The translations under genes and the position numbers were made by a program. Source: Candidatus Shapirobacteria bacterium (lineage in GTDB: Bacteria > Patescibacteriota > Microgenomatia > UBA12405). From it: a stretch of DNA of 64,000 nt. The stretch is taken from positions 317,693 to 381,692 of the forward strand of contig JALHFY010000001.1 in assembly GCA_022837635.1 (NCBI GenBank), given 5' to 3'. The notes under the pieces are model-generated. The model ran no database searches. It saw only the letters and a list, made by a program, of their open reading frames with translations, and had not been told where the DNA came from. Shown in pieces: positions 30,035-39,715 of the stretch; positions within the stretch are counted from its first letter, which is position 1, and the number at the start of each line of letters is the position of its first letter.

Positions 30035-32038
30035 TTAGAGAGATTCAATCTCTTTAATCTTATCTCTGATAATAATAGCTGATTCGAAGTCGAGGTTGGC
30101 GGCGCTGGAGCGCATTTCTTTTTTCAATTTACTGATATGGGCTTTACGTTGATTAGGAGTGAGAGAGGTAATATCGATATCTAAAAGAGGGGTGACCACG
30201 ATATCAGCCTTGGTATCTTCGATAAGTCGAGGACGAATTGATTTAACGATACTTTGGGGAGTAATGTTATGTTCTTTATTATATTTGATTTGAATCTGAC
30301 GACGACGATTGACCTCGGAAATAGCTGACTTCATGGCCGGAGACAAAGTGTCGGCATAAAGAAGGACTTCACCGGAGACATGACGGCTAGCCCGGCCCAT
30401 AATTTGAATCAGAGAAGAACGGGAACGTAAAAAACCTTGGGAGTCGGCATCTAAAATAGCGACTAATGAAACTTCGGGTAAATCCAAACCTTCACGTAAT
30501 AGATTAATACCCACTAAGACATCAAAATCCCCGCCTCTGAGCTGATCCAAAATCTCGGTTCTTTTGAGAGTATCAATATCTGAATGCAAATAAGCGACTT
30601 TGAGAGGAGTGCCTGTTTTTTGAGGATTTGAAAGATAAGCAGTGAGTTCTTCGGACATTTTTTTAGTGAGAGTAATAACCAGAGTTCGTTCCTTTTTAGC
30701 AATTCGTTTTTTAATTTCTTCGATTAAATCGGGAATTTGACCTCGACTGGGACGAATGGTGACAGGGGGATCTAGAAGACCGGTAGGACGGATAATCTGT
30801 TCAACCACTTGATTTTGGGAATCTTTGATTTCAAATTCCGCCGGAGTGGCGGAAACATAGATAGCTTGGGGAATACGGGCATAAAATTCTTCCCATCGCA
30901 GAGGACGATTGTCATAGGCACTTTTAAGACGAAAGCCATAGTCAACCAAAGTTTTTTTGCGAGCAGTGTCACCAACACTCATACCGCCAATCTGGGGAAT
31001 AGTCACATGAGACTCGTCAATGACTGTTAAGAAATTATCCCCATACAGATGGTGAAAATAATCAATCAGAGTGTAAGGAGGATCACCAGTTTGACGACCT
31101 GTTTCAAAATAAATAGAATAGTTTTCGATACCATTGACGTAACCAATTTCTGCCAGCATTTCCATATCATAATCGACTCTTTGGCGGAGACGATGCGCCT
31201 CTAAAAGTTGACCTCGGTCCTCAAAGGCTTTAGATTCAACAACAGCATCAGCCTTGATTTTTTTGATAATTTCCTGAAGATTCGGCCCGGAAGCACCAAC
31301 AAATTGTTTACCGGGAAATAAAAGATAGTTTTGTAGTTCAAATTGATGATTGCTAAAAGGATTGCGTTCAGAAATACTTTGGATTTTGCCGACGGTATCC
31401 ATTTCAACGACCAAAATCCAATCGGCATAGGAGGGCCAAATTTCCAAAGTTTCACCGCGAAGACGAAATTGTCCCCGGGCAAATTCCATTTGAGAACGGG
31501 TGTAAAAAATAGAGACCAATTCTTCTAAAAGTTGGCGCCGGTTCCAAGTGTCACCAATCTTAAAATTAATGGTTTTACCGCTAAAATCTCGAGGATCACC
31601 GATATTGTAAATACAGGAAACTGAGGCAACGACAATATTATCAGAACCGGAAAACAAGTTTGAGGTGGCTTCTAAACGGAGCTTGTCAATTAAATCGTTA
31701 ATTTCCACTTCTTTGGCGATATAAGTATCGGAGGCTGGCAGATAAGATTCGGGTTGATAATAATCATAGTAAGAAACAAAATAAGAAACTTTGTTGTCGG
31801 GAAAAAGTTCTTTGAATTCTTGATAAAGTTGAGCGGCCAGGGTTTTGTTGTGAGAGATGACTAAAGTAGGTAAATTACTTTTTTGAATAACATTGGCAAT
31901 GGTAAAGGTTTTACCGGAACCGGTAACTCCCAAAAGAGTTTGCTTCTTTTTACCTTGAACCAGACCCTGACTGAGAGCCTCAATAGCTGCCGGTTGGTCA
32001 CCGGCAGGAGTCATAGTGGAAACTAATTTAAAAGACAC
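30035..32038 (-). CDS. uvrB: excinuclease ABC subunit B
   Basis: GDQP, GVTGSGKT, YYDYYQPE, DESH, REGLDLPEV, C-terminal UVR domain. Confidence 0.96.
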   Translation of the reverse strand: MSFKLVSTMTPAGDQPAAIEALSQGLVQGKKKQTLLGVTGSGKTFTIANVIQKSNLPTLVISHNKTLAAQLYQEFKELFPDNKVSYFVSYYDYYQPESYLPASDTYIAKEVEINDLIDKLRLEATSNLFSGSDNIVVASVSCIYNIGDPRDFSGKTINFKIGDTWNRRQLLEELVSIFYTRSQMEFARGQFRLRGETLEIWPSYADWILVVEMDTVGKIQSISERNPFSNHQFELQNYLLFPGKQFVGASGPNLQEIIKKIKADAVVESKAFEDRGQLLEAHRLRQRVDYDMEMLAEIGYVNGIENYSIYFETGRQTGDPPYTLIDYFHHLYGDNFLTVIDESHVTIPQIGGMSVGDTARKKTLVDYGFRLKSAYDNRPLRWEEFYARIPQAIYVSATPAEFEIKDSQNQVVEQIIRPTGLLDPPVTIRPSRGQIPDLIEEIKKRIAKKERTLVITLTKKMSEELTAYLSNPQKTGTPLKVAYLHSDIDTLKRTEILDQLRGGDFDVLVGINLLREGLDLPEVSLVAILDADSQGFLRSRSSLIQIMGRASRHVSGEVLLYADTLSPAMKSAISEVNRRRQIQIKYNKEHNITPQSIVKSIRPRLIEDTKADIVVTPLLDIDITSLTPNQRKAHISKLKKEMRSSAANLDFESAIIIRDKIKEIESL

Positions 32039-32057
32039 AGCTATATTTTAACAAATT

Positions 32058-32073
32058 TTCGGGTATTGTTTGG
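32058..32073. promoter_or_regulatory. candidate SOS/LexA-type direct-repeat operator in the uvrB/comM divergent region
   Basis: TTCGG-N6-TTTGG; same orientation and similar position as the uvrA copy. Confidence 0.5.
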
Positions 32074-32124
32074 GTAAAAATCACCCTTGATTTTTGTATG
32101 AAAAATATTCATATTTAAGTAATA

Positions 32125-33660
32125 ATGCTTACTAAAATTTTAAGTGTCGCCAATTTAGGTTTACAGGCTCTAGAAATCGAATGTGAGGTTAATGTGGCTG
32201 CCAAGGGATTTCCGGCTTTTACAATTGTAGGCTTAGCCAGTAAGGCGGTGGAGGAAGCCAGGGAAAGAGTTAAAACAGCAATTATTAACAGTGACATGGA
32301 ATTTCCTTTGGCCAAAATTACCGTTAATTTAGCACCGGCAGATTTACCCAAGGATGGGGCTTGTTATGATTTACCCATTGCTATGGGGATATTGTCCTCA
32401 AGCAATCAAATTGATTTGGGAGAAGAAAAGGTTTATTTTTTTGGAGAACTGTCGCTGGATGGAACTTTACGGCATTGTCGGGGGGTGTTTTTACTGGCCA
32501 TATTGGCTAAAGAAAAAGGGGTGAAAAAAATTTTTGTACCAAGATTGTGTGCTAATGAAGCCGCGGTAGTTGAGGGAATCGAGGTGTTTCCGGTGGACAA
32601 TCTGAAAGAAGTGATTGCTCATTTTAGAGGAGAAAAGAAAATAAGACCTTTGAAAAAAATTGAGAGTGAAGAATTGTTGGAAAATATGAGAGTACAGTTT
32701 GATTTTTCCGAAATACTGGGACAAAATTCAGCTAAAAGAGCTTTGGAAATTGCTGCCGCCGGAGGCCACAATGTTTTTCTAATGGGTCCACCGGGAAGCG
32801 GGAAAACAATGTTATCACGGGCATTGCCGGGAATATTACCACCATTAAGTGAAGCCGAAAGTTTAGAGGTGACTAAAATTTACTCAATTACCGGCAATAT
32901 TGCCCCAGGATCGTCAATTATCAGAGAGCGACCTTTTCGAAGTCCGCATCACACCACTTCACAAATTGGATTGATTGGTGGAGGCAGTAATCCCCGACCG
33001 GGAGAAATAACTTTGGCTCATCGAGGGGTGTTGTTTATCGATGAATTTCCGGAATTATCCAGAGGCAGTTTGGAGGCATTAAGACAACCAATGGAAGATG
33101 GCTATGTGAGCATCTCTCGAGCGGCCGGATCGGTAACCTTTCCCTGTCAGTTTATGTTGGTGGCGGCGGCTAACCCCTGTCCTTGTGGTTTTTTAGGTGA
33201 CAGTAAAAAAGAATGTCGCTGTAATGTACATCAAATCGCTAATTACCAGAAAAAATTATCAGGACCAATTATGGATAGAATTGATATTCATTTAACAGTA
33301 CCGGCGGTGGATGTAAACCAGCTAATGATTAATAAGGAAAATATTAAAAGTGAAAAGAGTGAGGAGATTAGAAAAAGAGTAGTGGCGGCCAGAGAAATAC
33401 AAAGACAGAGATTTTTGAAAATTGAAGGTGTTTATAGTAATGCAGATATGAAAAATAAACACTTAAAAGAGTTAGCTAAACTGGATGACAAGGCCAATAT
33501 ATTATTAAAAATGGCGGTAAATAAATTTAATTTATCGGCCAGAACTTATTTTAGATTAATCAAAGTATCTCGAACGATCGCCGATTTAGATAACAGTGAA
33601 ATTATTCTAGATAAACACGTAGCTGAAGCATTGCAATATAGAGTTAAACATGAGGATTAA
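32125..33660 (+). CDS. comM: YifB/ComM family Mg-chelatase-like AAA+ ATPase
   Basis: NLAPADLPK, GPPGSGKT, RPFRSPHH, LAHRGVLFIDE, NPCPCG. Confidence 0.92.
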   Translation: MLTKILSVANLGLQALEIECEVNVAAKGFPAFTIVGLASKAVEEARERVKTAIINSDMEFPLAKITVNLAPADLPKDGACYDLPIAMGILSSSNQIDLGEEKVYFFGELSLDGTLRHCRGVFLLAILAKEKGVKKIFVPRLCANEAAVVEGIEVFPVDNLKEVIAHFRGEKKIRPLKKIESEELLENMRVQFDFSEILGQNSAKRALEIAAAGGHNVFLMGPPGSGKTMLSRALPGILPPLSEAESLEVTKIYSITGNIAPGSSIIRERPFRSPHHTTSQIGLIGGGSNPRPGEITLAHRGVLFIDEFPELSRGSLEALRQPMEDGYVSISRAAGSVTFPCQFMLVAAANPCPCGFLGDSKKECRCNVHQIANYQKKLSGPIMDRIDIHLTVPAVDVNQLMINKENIKSEKSEEIRKRVVAAREIQRQRFLKIEGVYSNADMKNKHLKELAKLDDKANILLKMAVNKFNLSARTYFRLIKVSRTIADLDNSEIILDKHVAEALQYRVKHED

Positions 33661-33665
33661 GTTCT

Positions 33666-34019
33666 ATGAAAACACAAAATTATAAAAAGGGTAAAGAGGG
33701 TGAGGAGGAGGCGTTGAAATATTTGGAAAATAAAAATTATGTTTTAGTAGAAAAAAATTTTCAAAATGATTTGGGAGAAATTGATTTAATCATGACTGAT
33801 AATGAGTGGTTGGTATTTGTGGAAGTGAAATATAAACATGACGATATTCTGGGACTACCGGAAGAAATGATAGGTAAAAATAAATTGGCTCAAGTGAGAA
33901 GAGTGGCGGAAAGTTACTTGGTACAAAGGAAAGAAGTGGTGAAAAATTTTGAAAAATACAGAATTGACGGGGTTTGTATTTTAGCTCAGGAAATTAGACA
34001 TTATGTCAATTTGGAATAA
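33666..34019 (+). CDS. yraN: YraN (UPF0102) family nuclease
   Basis: GKEGEEEA, GEIDLI, VFVEVK. Confidence 0.88.
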   Translation: MKTQNYKKGKEGEEEALKYLENKNYVLVEKNFQNDLGEIDLIMTDNEWLVFVEVKYKHDDILGLPEEMIGKNKLAQVRRVAESYLVQRKEVVKNFEKYRIDGVCILAQEIRHYVNLE

Positions 34020-34025
34020 ATAGCA

Positions 34026-34898
34026 ATGAATAATTTCAGGAAATGGGAAATTAAAAAGATTGATAAAAAAGATTTTCCACCACAACTAAAAGTTATTAAA
34101 AATTGTCCGGAATTTTTATATTATCGAGGCAATTGGGACAATAAAATTTTTGAAAAAAGTTTGGCGGTGGTGGGTAGTCGGAGAATGAGTCGATATGGAC
34201 AGGAGATAAGTAAAAAAATGGTCAGTGAATTGGCGGTTCAAAAAATATCGATAATTTCCGGATTTATGTATGGAGTAGACACTCAATCGCATTTAAGTGC
34301 TTTGGAAATGGGAGGGATTACCATTGCAGTTTTAGGAGGTGGTCTGAATGTATTGACACCTCCAGAAAATGAAAAATTATACTGGCAGATATTAGAGAAC
34401 AAAGGTTTAATTATTTCTGAATATGAAAAAGATTTTCAACCAACTCTGTGGAGTTTTCCTCAGAGAAACAGAATCGTGTCGGGATTATCAAGTTTAGGAA
34501 TATTGGTAGTGGAAGCAGGATTAAAATCGGGTTCTTTGGTGACAGCTAGAATTGCCAGAGAACAAGGTAAAAAAGTGTGGGCAATTCCGGGACAAATTGG
34601 TTGTAGTGTAGCTGAGGGAACTAATTATTTGATTAAAAATAATTTGGCTAAAATGGTGACAGAAAGTGGAGATATTTTTAAAAAATCTTCAAAAACAAAT
34701 CAAGAGGTGATTTTTGAAAGTCTGGATCCATTAGAAAATTTAATTTTAAAAGAATTAAAAGTTGAGGCTTTATCCATGGACGAATTGTCAATAAAAAGTG
34801 GAGTAGATGTTGTTCAATTAAGTACTAAAATTTCGATGATGGCTTTGGAAGAAAAAGTAGTTGAAGAGAATGGTAAAGTCTATCTTAATTCTGTTTAA
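34026..34898 (+). CDS. dprA: DNA-processing protein DprA
   Basis: AVVGSR, ISGFMYGVD, FPQRNRIVSGL, VEAGLKSGSLVTA. Confidence 0.92.
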   Translation: MNNFRKWEIKKIDKKDFPPQLKVIKNCPEFLYYRGNWDNKIFEKSLAVVGSRRMSRYGQEISKKMVSELAVQKISIISGFMYGVDTQSHLSALEMGGITIAVLGGGLNVLTPPENEKLYWQILENKGLIISEYEKDFQPTLWSFPQRNRIVSGLSSLGILVVEAGLKSGSLVTARIAREQGKKVWAIPGQIGCSVAEGTNYLIKNNLAKMVTESGDIFKKSSKTNQEVIFESLDPLENLILKELKVEALSMDELSIKSGVDVVQLSTKISMMALEEKVVEENGKVYLNSV

Positions 34899-36025
34899 AG
34901 ATAGGCACCCCAGTTGCTGATGGGAGCGGTGTTACCGATAACAAAATTAATAGCGTATAAAATAACAGCGGGAATTAACAGATAAAAAAGAAGACGATTG
35001 TTGGGTTTGGTAATTTTCTTAGCAAAGGCTAAAAAGACAAAAGGATACACTGGGGCCAGATAACGACTGACATCACGATGAGCCACCATAACTGTAGCCA
35101 AGGTAAAAAGAAGAGGGAAAATAAAAACAATATCACGGGAATATTTTTTCCAAAGTTTTTTGAGAGCAAAAAAACTCAGAGCGAAAATATAAATCACATC
35201 CTCAAGCCAGATGGTATTGATCCAAGAGCGAGTGCTGACGAAAACCTGATAAGGAAAAGGAGTCAGGTGGATATTGTCACCGGAGTTAAAATAGGCCCAA
35301 AAGTCCCCTATTTGTAAATAGTAGAGGTAAAAAATACCCAGAGCTGATAGTGGTACCAAGAGATAATAAAGATAATTTAAGTTGATTTTTTTAGTTTTGA
35401 TAAATTCAAATAAAGCGACTAGGCCATAGGCGGCAAAAAGTAAAATACCCGGGCTTTTTAAGAGTTGGACTAAAACAGCCAATAGAGCAGAAATGAAATA
35501 TTTCTTTTTTTTGAAAAATAAAATGGAGAGTAAAATGAAACTCAAAAACCAGGTTTCGGGAGCGCCGACCAGACGTAAAACAAAAAGCCGGGGTGGAAAG
35601 AAAATCATTAAAAGAGCCGTGTAAAAAGCCACTTTTTCCTTGAAAAACAATTTAAAGAAATAGTAAGAGGAAAGAGTTAGTAAGACAGAACCAAAAACAC
35701 AAGAAAGAAGCAGGGCTTTGGGAGTACTGCTACTGATGAAAGAAAAAAGTTTGATAATGAGTGGATAACCGGGAAGATGGGCGGGATAATATTCCAAAGG
35801 GAGAGGTAAAGAGTAGTTATAGCGAATACAATCTTTGTTATAACCACACTTGGCGATAATCATGTAGTTAGGACCGTCATAGTTGGCATAAATGGTTTCT
35901 AAGTTGGTTTCAGGAAAAGCCAATTTTTGGGGTAAATTTTTGTAAAAAGCCAGATAAAAAAATAAAGAACAACATAAAGTAATCAGGGTTAAAAGAATTT
36001 GGGATTTATATTTGCTAAAATTCAT
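34895..36025 (-). CDS. GT-C fold membrane glycosyltransferase (PIG-V/mannosyltransferase-like)
   Basis: NYDGPNYMIIAK.GY, HLPGYPL, PETWF; many TMs. Confidence 0.65.
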   Translation of the reverse strand: MNFSKYKSQILLTLITLCCSLFFYLAFYKNLPQKLAFPETNLETIYANYDGPNYMIIAKCGYNKDCIRYNYSLPLPLEYYPAHLPGYPLIIKLFSFISSSTPKALLLSCVFGSVLLTLSSYYFFKLFFKEKVAFYTALLMIFFPPRLFVLRLVGAPETWFLSFILLSILFFKKKKYFISALLAVLVQLLKSPGILLFAAYGLVALFEFIKTKKINLNYLYYLLVPLSALGIFYLYYLQIGDFWAYFNSGDNIHLTPFPYQVFVSTRSWINTIWLEDVIYIFALSFFALKKLWKKYSRDIVFIFPLLFTLATVMVAHRDVSRYLAPVYPFVFLAFAKKITKPNNRLLFYLLIPAVILYAINFVIGNTAPISNWGAYL

Positions 36026-36044
36026 CTACTCTATTGTACATCAT

Positions 36045-36116
36045 GGCCCCATCGTCTAGCGGTTAGGACAGCAGGTTCTCATCCTGCTAACCGGGGTTCG
36101 ATTCCCCGTGGGGTCA
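36045..36116 (+). tRNA. tRNA-Glu(CTC); CCA not encoded
   Basis: GGCCCCA/TGGGGTC acceptor stem, GCAGG-TTCTCAT-CCTGC anticodon arm, GGTTCGATTCC T arm. Confidence 0.95.
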
Positions 36117-36169
36117 CAAAAAACCTATAATATTGAAAATTGTGCTGGTTTGGTGTATAACTGTGGTAT

Positions 36170-36397
36170 ATGTCACTAGAAAAAGCAATAGGTGTTCAAC
36201 CGGTTTGTAAAATTTGCAATTGGAAAGGTCAAATTTATAGAATAGATGTTGAAGGGAGTTTGGAGTTTGCTGGGTTATCCGCGATTATTGAGTCCAGATT
36301 AGTTCATGGTGGAGAAACAGGACACGCAGACATTGAATGTCTGTCAATTTATGAAGAGGTTCCTGAACTAACTAAAAAGGCATTTCGTCGGGGATGA
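36170..36397 (+). CDS. small putative zinc-binding protein (CxxC...H-x5-H)
   Basis: CKIC...HGGETGH; preceded by TTGAAA-17 bp-TATAAC (36133-36161). Confidence 0.5.
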   Translation: MSLEKAIGVQPVCKICNWKGQIYRIDVEGSLEFAGLSAIIESRLVHGGETGHADIECLSIYEEVPELTKKAFRRG

Positions 36398-36827
36398 CGA
36401 TATCTTCGACTTTATCCTCAGTAACTGCAGTTTCAGATTCAGCAGGTGGAATATTGTCTTCTGTTGGAGCCTCTTCAGATGATCCTTCGGCAGATGGTCT
36501 GTTGGTAAAAGGGACAACAGTATCGGCAATAATTTCACTGATATATCTTTTAGTACCATCTTTGGCATCATATTGGCGATTATCAATACGACCAGTCAAG
36601 GAAATTCTCATACCCTTTTTAACAACTCCACTAATATATTCTGCCTGTTTACCCCAAACTACAATATTATGAAAGGTGGGAACATCAGTCCATTGATCAT
36701 CTTTTTTAATGGAATGATTGGTAGCCACCCCAAAACTGCAAACAGCAGTGCCAGAGGGAGTGTAACGAAGTTCAGGATCGCGAGTAACATTGCCGGTAAT
36801 CACGGCCATATTAATACTAAAAGCCAT
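36372..36827 (-). CDS. ssb: single-stranded DNA-binding protein
   Basis: GNVTRDPELRYT, HNIVVWGKQAE, acidic tail ending DEMPF. Confidence 0.95.
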   Translation of the reverse strand: MAFSINMAVITGNVTRDPELRYTPSGTAVCSFGVATNHSIKKDDQWTDVPTFHNIVVWGKQAEYISGVVKKGMRISLTGRIDNRQYDAKDGTKRYISEIIADTVVPFTNRPSAEGSSEEAPTEDNIPPAESETAVTEDKVEDIVIPDEMPF

Positions 36828-36882
36828 ATTTATTGATTAAAAAGTAATAAGTATAGTTTATACCATGACAGGTATTTATATA

Positions 36883-37980
36883 CTAAGGGAGTTCTAGATA
36901 TTGTTTAATATCTTCAAAATTCCCCTCGCCTGCCTTGGGGATTAAAATAGACTGACGGTCGGAAGAGACTGAAGCTTTAAGTAAATTTTGATCACTGATT
37001 GGTAGAGAGTTGATTTTATATTTAGTAAATTCGGGAGCCCTCAGGAGATATTTTTCCATACTATTTTCATCCAAGTCAGTGGTAATGTGGGCACTGAGAG
37101 TGTTAACAACGGGGATAATTTTGCCAAAAAAATTAAGAGATAAGACTTTATTTTTAACGGCTTCAATCACTAATTTTTGACGCTGGGAGCGGTTAAAATC
37201 GCCACCGTCGGTGGGTGAGTGACGGGAACGGGCAAATTTAAGAGCGGTAACTCCATTCATATGTTGTAAACCACGATCGAAATGAAGATTTTCGTAACGA
37301 CAAGGGAATTCTCTTTCTAATTTTTCCCCGGACATAGTGGCAGTTAGAGCCGCAACCTCCTCGTCACTTTTACCACAGTTGTCATAAGTATCACCCACAC
37401 CAACTTCGATGGGATAATAGGGGTCGTCAAAACTGCGAGCCACTGAGACATCAATCCCACCAAGCTTATCAACAACTTTAATAAAGGCGGTAAAATCAAT
37501 GGCGATAAAGTAATCAGGCATAATACCGGTAACTTGAGAAACAGTTTTTTTAGCCAACTCTCCCCCGCCAGCCGGACCGGTAAACTCAGAGTATTTTTCC
37601 GGATAACGACGATTATCAAGACCAACTGTATAAAAACTATTAATTTTAGCGGAGTGAGTCGCGGTATCGCTAATCGGAATAGAAACCCACAAATCTCTGG
37701 GGATGGAAATTAAATCAACACTTTCAAGTTTCGGATTAACTCTGGCGAGAATTATAGAATCAGTCAGAAACGGTCCTTCATGGCCAAGACCACCGAAACC
37801 TAAAAGTAAGATAGAAAAAGAACGATCAGGATCGGGGGTGGGAGTCACAGTAGGGGTAATAATTTCATGACGATTGGGTACCACCACCATTTTTTTATAT
37901 TGAGAACTGAGGTAAAAATAGGCTAGCAGAGGTAAAAGGAGCGCCAAAAAAATGGCTAAAATTAGGTATTTTTTGTTCAT
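36883..37980 (-). CDS. LCP family glycopolymer transferase
   Basis: ILLLG, TDSI, SIPRDLW, KIN, ALKFARSRH, DFNRSQRQ. Confidence 0.9.
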   Translation of the reverse strand: MNKKYLILAIFLALLLPLLAYFYLSSQYKKMVVVPNRHEIITPTVTPTPDPDRSFSILLLGFGGLGHEGPFLTDSIILARVNPKLESVDLISIPRDLWVSIPISDTATHSAKINSFYTVGLDNRRYPEKYSEFTGPAGGGELAKKTVSQVTGIMPDYFIAIDFTAFIKVVDKLGGIDVSVARSFDDPYYPIEVGVGDTYDNCGKSDEEVAALTATMSGEKLEREFPCRYENLHFDRGLQHMNGVTALKFARSRHSPTDGGDFNRSQRQKLVIEAVKNKVLSLNFFGKIIPVVNTLSAHITTDLDENSMEKYLLRAPEFTKYKINSLPISDQNLLKASVSSDRQSILIPKAGEGNFEDIKQYLELP

Positions 37981-37983
37981 GAA

Positions 37984-39345
37984 TTAAGAGCGAATTAAAG
38001 CCAAAACTTCGTCACGCTTGGTAGCCATTAGTTCAGGTGAATCGGCCTCAAGATTGAGTCGGAGTAAAGGTTCGGTATTGGAAGAACGAACATTAAAACG
38101 CCAATCCCCCATTTCAAAGGTAACGCCATCCATGTATTCAATGGGGGCTATGGCCTGGGGACCATAAGTGTTTTCTAATTTTTTCAAAACGGCAGTGGCA
38201 TCAGCCACAGTAGAATTAATTTCACCGGAAATATGGTACTTTTGGCTCATATGGTCAACAATTTCTTCCAAGGGGACCGAAGTATGAGACAGGAAATCCA
38301 GAAGATAGACAAAGGTGGTTAAGCCGGTATCACAGAGGAAAAAATCTTTGAAGTAGTAATGACCAGAGACTTCACCGCCAAAATAGGCATTTTCCGCTTT
38401 CATACGAGCTTTGATATGAGTATGACCAACACGGTTGGCGAGAGCTTTACCACCATTTTTATTGATAGTCTCGGGAACAACTTTAGAAGCGCGAATATCA
38501 TAGACAATGGCACAACCAGGATAACGCTTGAGAAAATATTCGGATAAAATAGCGGTCATGAAATCACCGGAAATAAAACGACCTTTTTTATCGATCACAA
38601 AAAAACGATCACCATCTGGATCAAACATAATCCCTAAATCAGCTTTAATTTCAGGGACTTTCTTTTGAATTTCTTCCCTGTTTTCGGCTAAAAGTGGGTC
38701 TCCGCCGTGATTGGGGAAATTACCGTCCACTTCCCAATACATTTTAATAAACTCGACTTGAGGAATTTTTTTGGAGAGGATTTCTAGGAAAGGACCAACC
38801 ATGCCATTGGCAGTGTCGGCGACAATTTTCATGGGTTTAATTTGAGAGAGATCGACTAAAGAAGCGACATAATCAACAAATTCTTGTTTAATGTCTTCTT
38901 GTTTTACGGTGCCGGGATTGGGGCTGTCAGCAGGTAAATCATCACTTAAAATCCATTCTTTAATTTCCTTGATACCGGCTTCACCTGATAACAATTCAGG
39001 GATTTTTTTAACCATTTTGAAACCAGTATATTGTTTAGGATTGTGGCTGGCAGTGACGGAAACACCGGGAAGATCGCGAGTTTGACAAGCGTAATAAAAA
39101 GAATCTGTAGAAGCTAAATCAATATCCAAAACATTGACACCAACTTTAGTTAAACCGGTAATTAGAGCATTTTTCATAGATTCACCAGAAATACGACCAT
39201 CACGAGCTACCAGAACTTGGTTGGGAAAATTCAAATATTTAGCAAAAGCTCGACCGATTTTTTCGGCTAAAGCTTCATCAGCCTGATCAGGATAAATGGC
39301 CCGGATATCATAAGATTTGAAAATAGAGGTATCTAGATTGGTCAT
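37984..39345 (-). CDS. phosphomannomutase/phosphoglucomutase
   Basis: FKSYDIR, TASHNP, DPDGDR, GEVSGH, RSSNTEP; start set at ATG 39345. Confidence 0.92.
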   Translation of the reverse strand: MTNLDTSIFKSYDIRAIYPDQADEALAEKIGRAFAKYLNFPNQVLVARDGRISGESMKNALITGLTKVGVNVLDIDLASTDSFYYACQTRDLPGVSVTASHNPKQYTGFKMVKKIPELLSGEAGIKEIKEWILSDDLPADSPNPGTVKQEDIKQEFVDYVASLVDLSQIKPMKIVADTANGMVGPFLEILSKKIPQVEFIKMYWEVDGNFPNHGGDPLLAENREEIQKKVPEIKADLGIMFDPDGDRFFVIDKKGRFISGDFMTAILSEYFLKRYPGCAIVYDIRASKVVPETINKNGGKALANRVGHTHIKARMKAENAYFGGEVSGHYYFKDFFLCDTGLTTFVYLLDFLSHTSVPLEEIVDHMSQKYHISGEINSTVADATAVLKKLENTYGPQAIAPIEYMDGVTFEMGDWRFNVRSSNTEPLLRLNLEADSPELMATKRDEVLALIRS

Positions 39346-39382
39346 ATTAAAGAATAACACAAGAATAGTGTTAAAATTAGCT

Positions 39383-39715
39383 ATGAAATTAATAAATTAT
39401 GATGACTTTGCTAAAGTAGAATTTAGAGTTGGTGAAATTAAAGAAGCAAAAGTAGTGGAAGAATCGAAAAAATTGATTAGGATGGTAGTAGATTTTGGAA
39501 AAGAATTAGGAGAAAGAATAGTTTTTTCGGGAATTAGAAAATGGTATCAACCAGAGGACCTTATCAATAAAAAAACGGTATTTGTGGTTAATTTGCCTCC
39601 TAAAAAAATTATGGAGGAAGAGAGTCAGGCAATGATTTTTGGAGCTGAAAACGGAGATGATATGTCTATTTTGCTATTAGATAATGATTTGAAAAATGGA
39701 AGTAAGGTATTTTAA
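39383..39715 (+). CDS. stand-alone tRNA-binding OB domain (MetRS C-terminal/Trbp111/CsaA-like)
   Basis: DDFAKVEFRVGEI, SGI, NLPP, SQAM; ATG lies 5 nt after TGnTAAAAT. Confidence 0.85.
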   Translation: MKLINYDDFAKVEFRVGEIKEAKVVEESKKLIRMVVDFGKELGERIVFSGIRKWYQPEDLINKKTVFVVNLPPKKIMEEESQAMIFGAENGDDMSILLLDNDLKNGSKVF

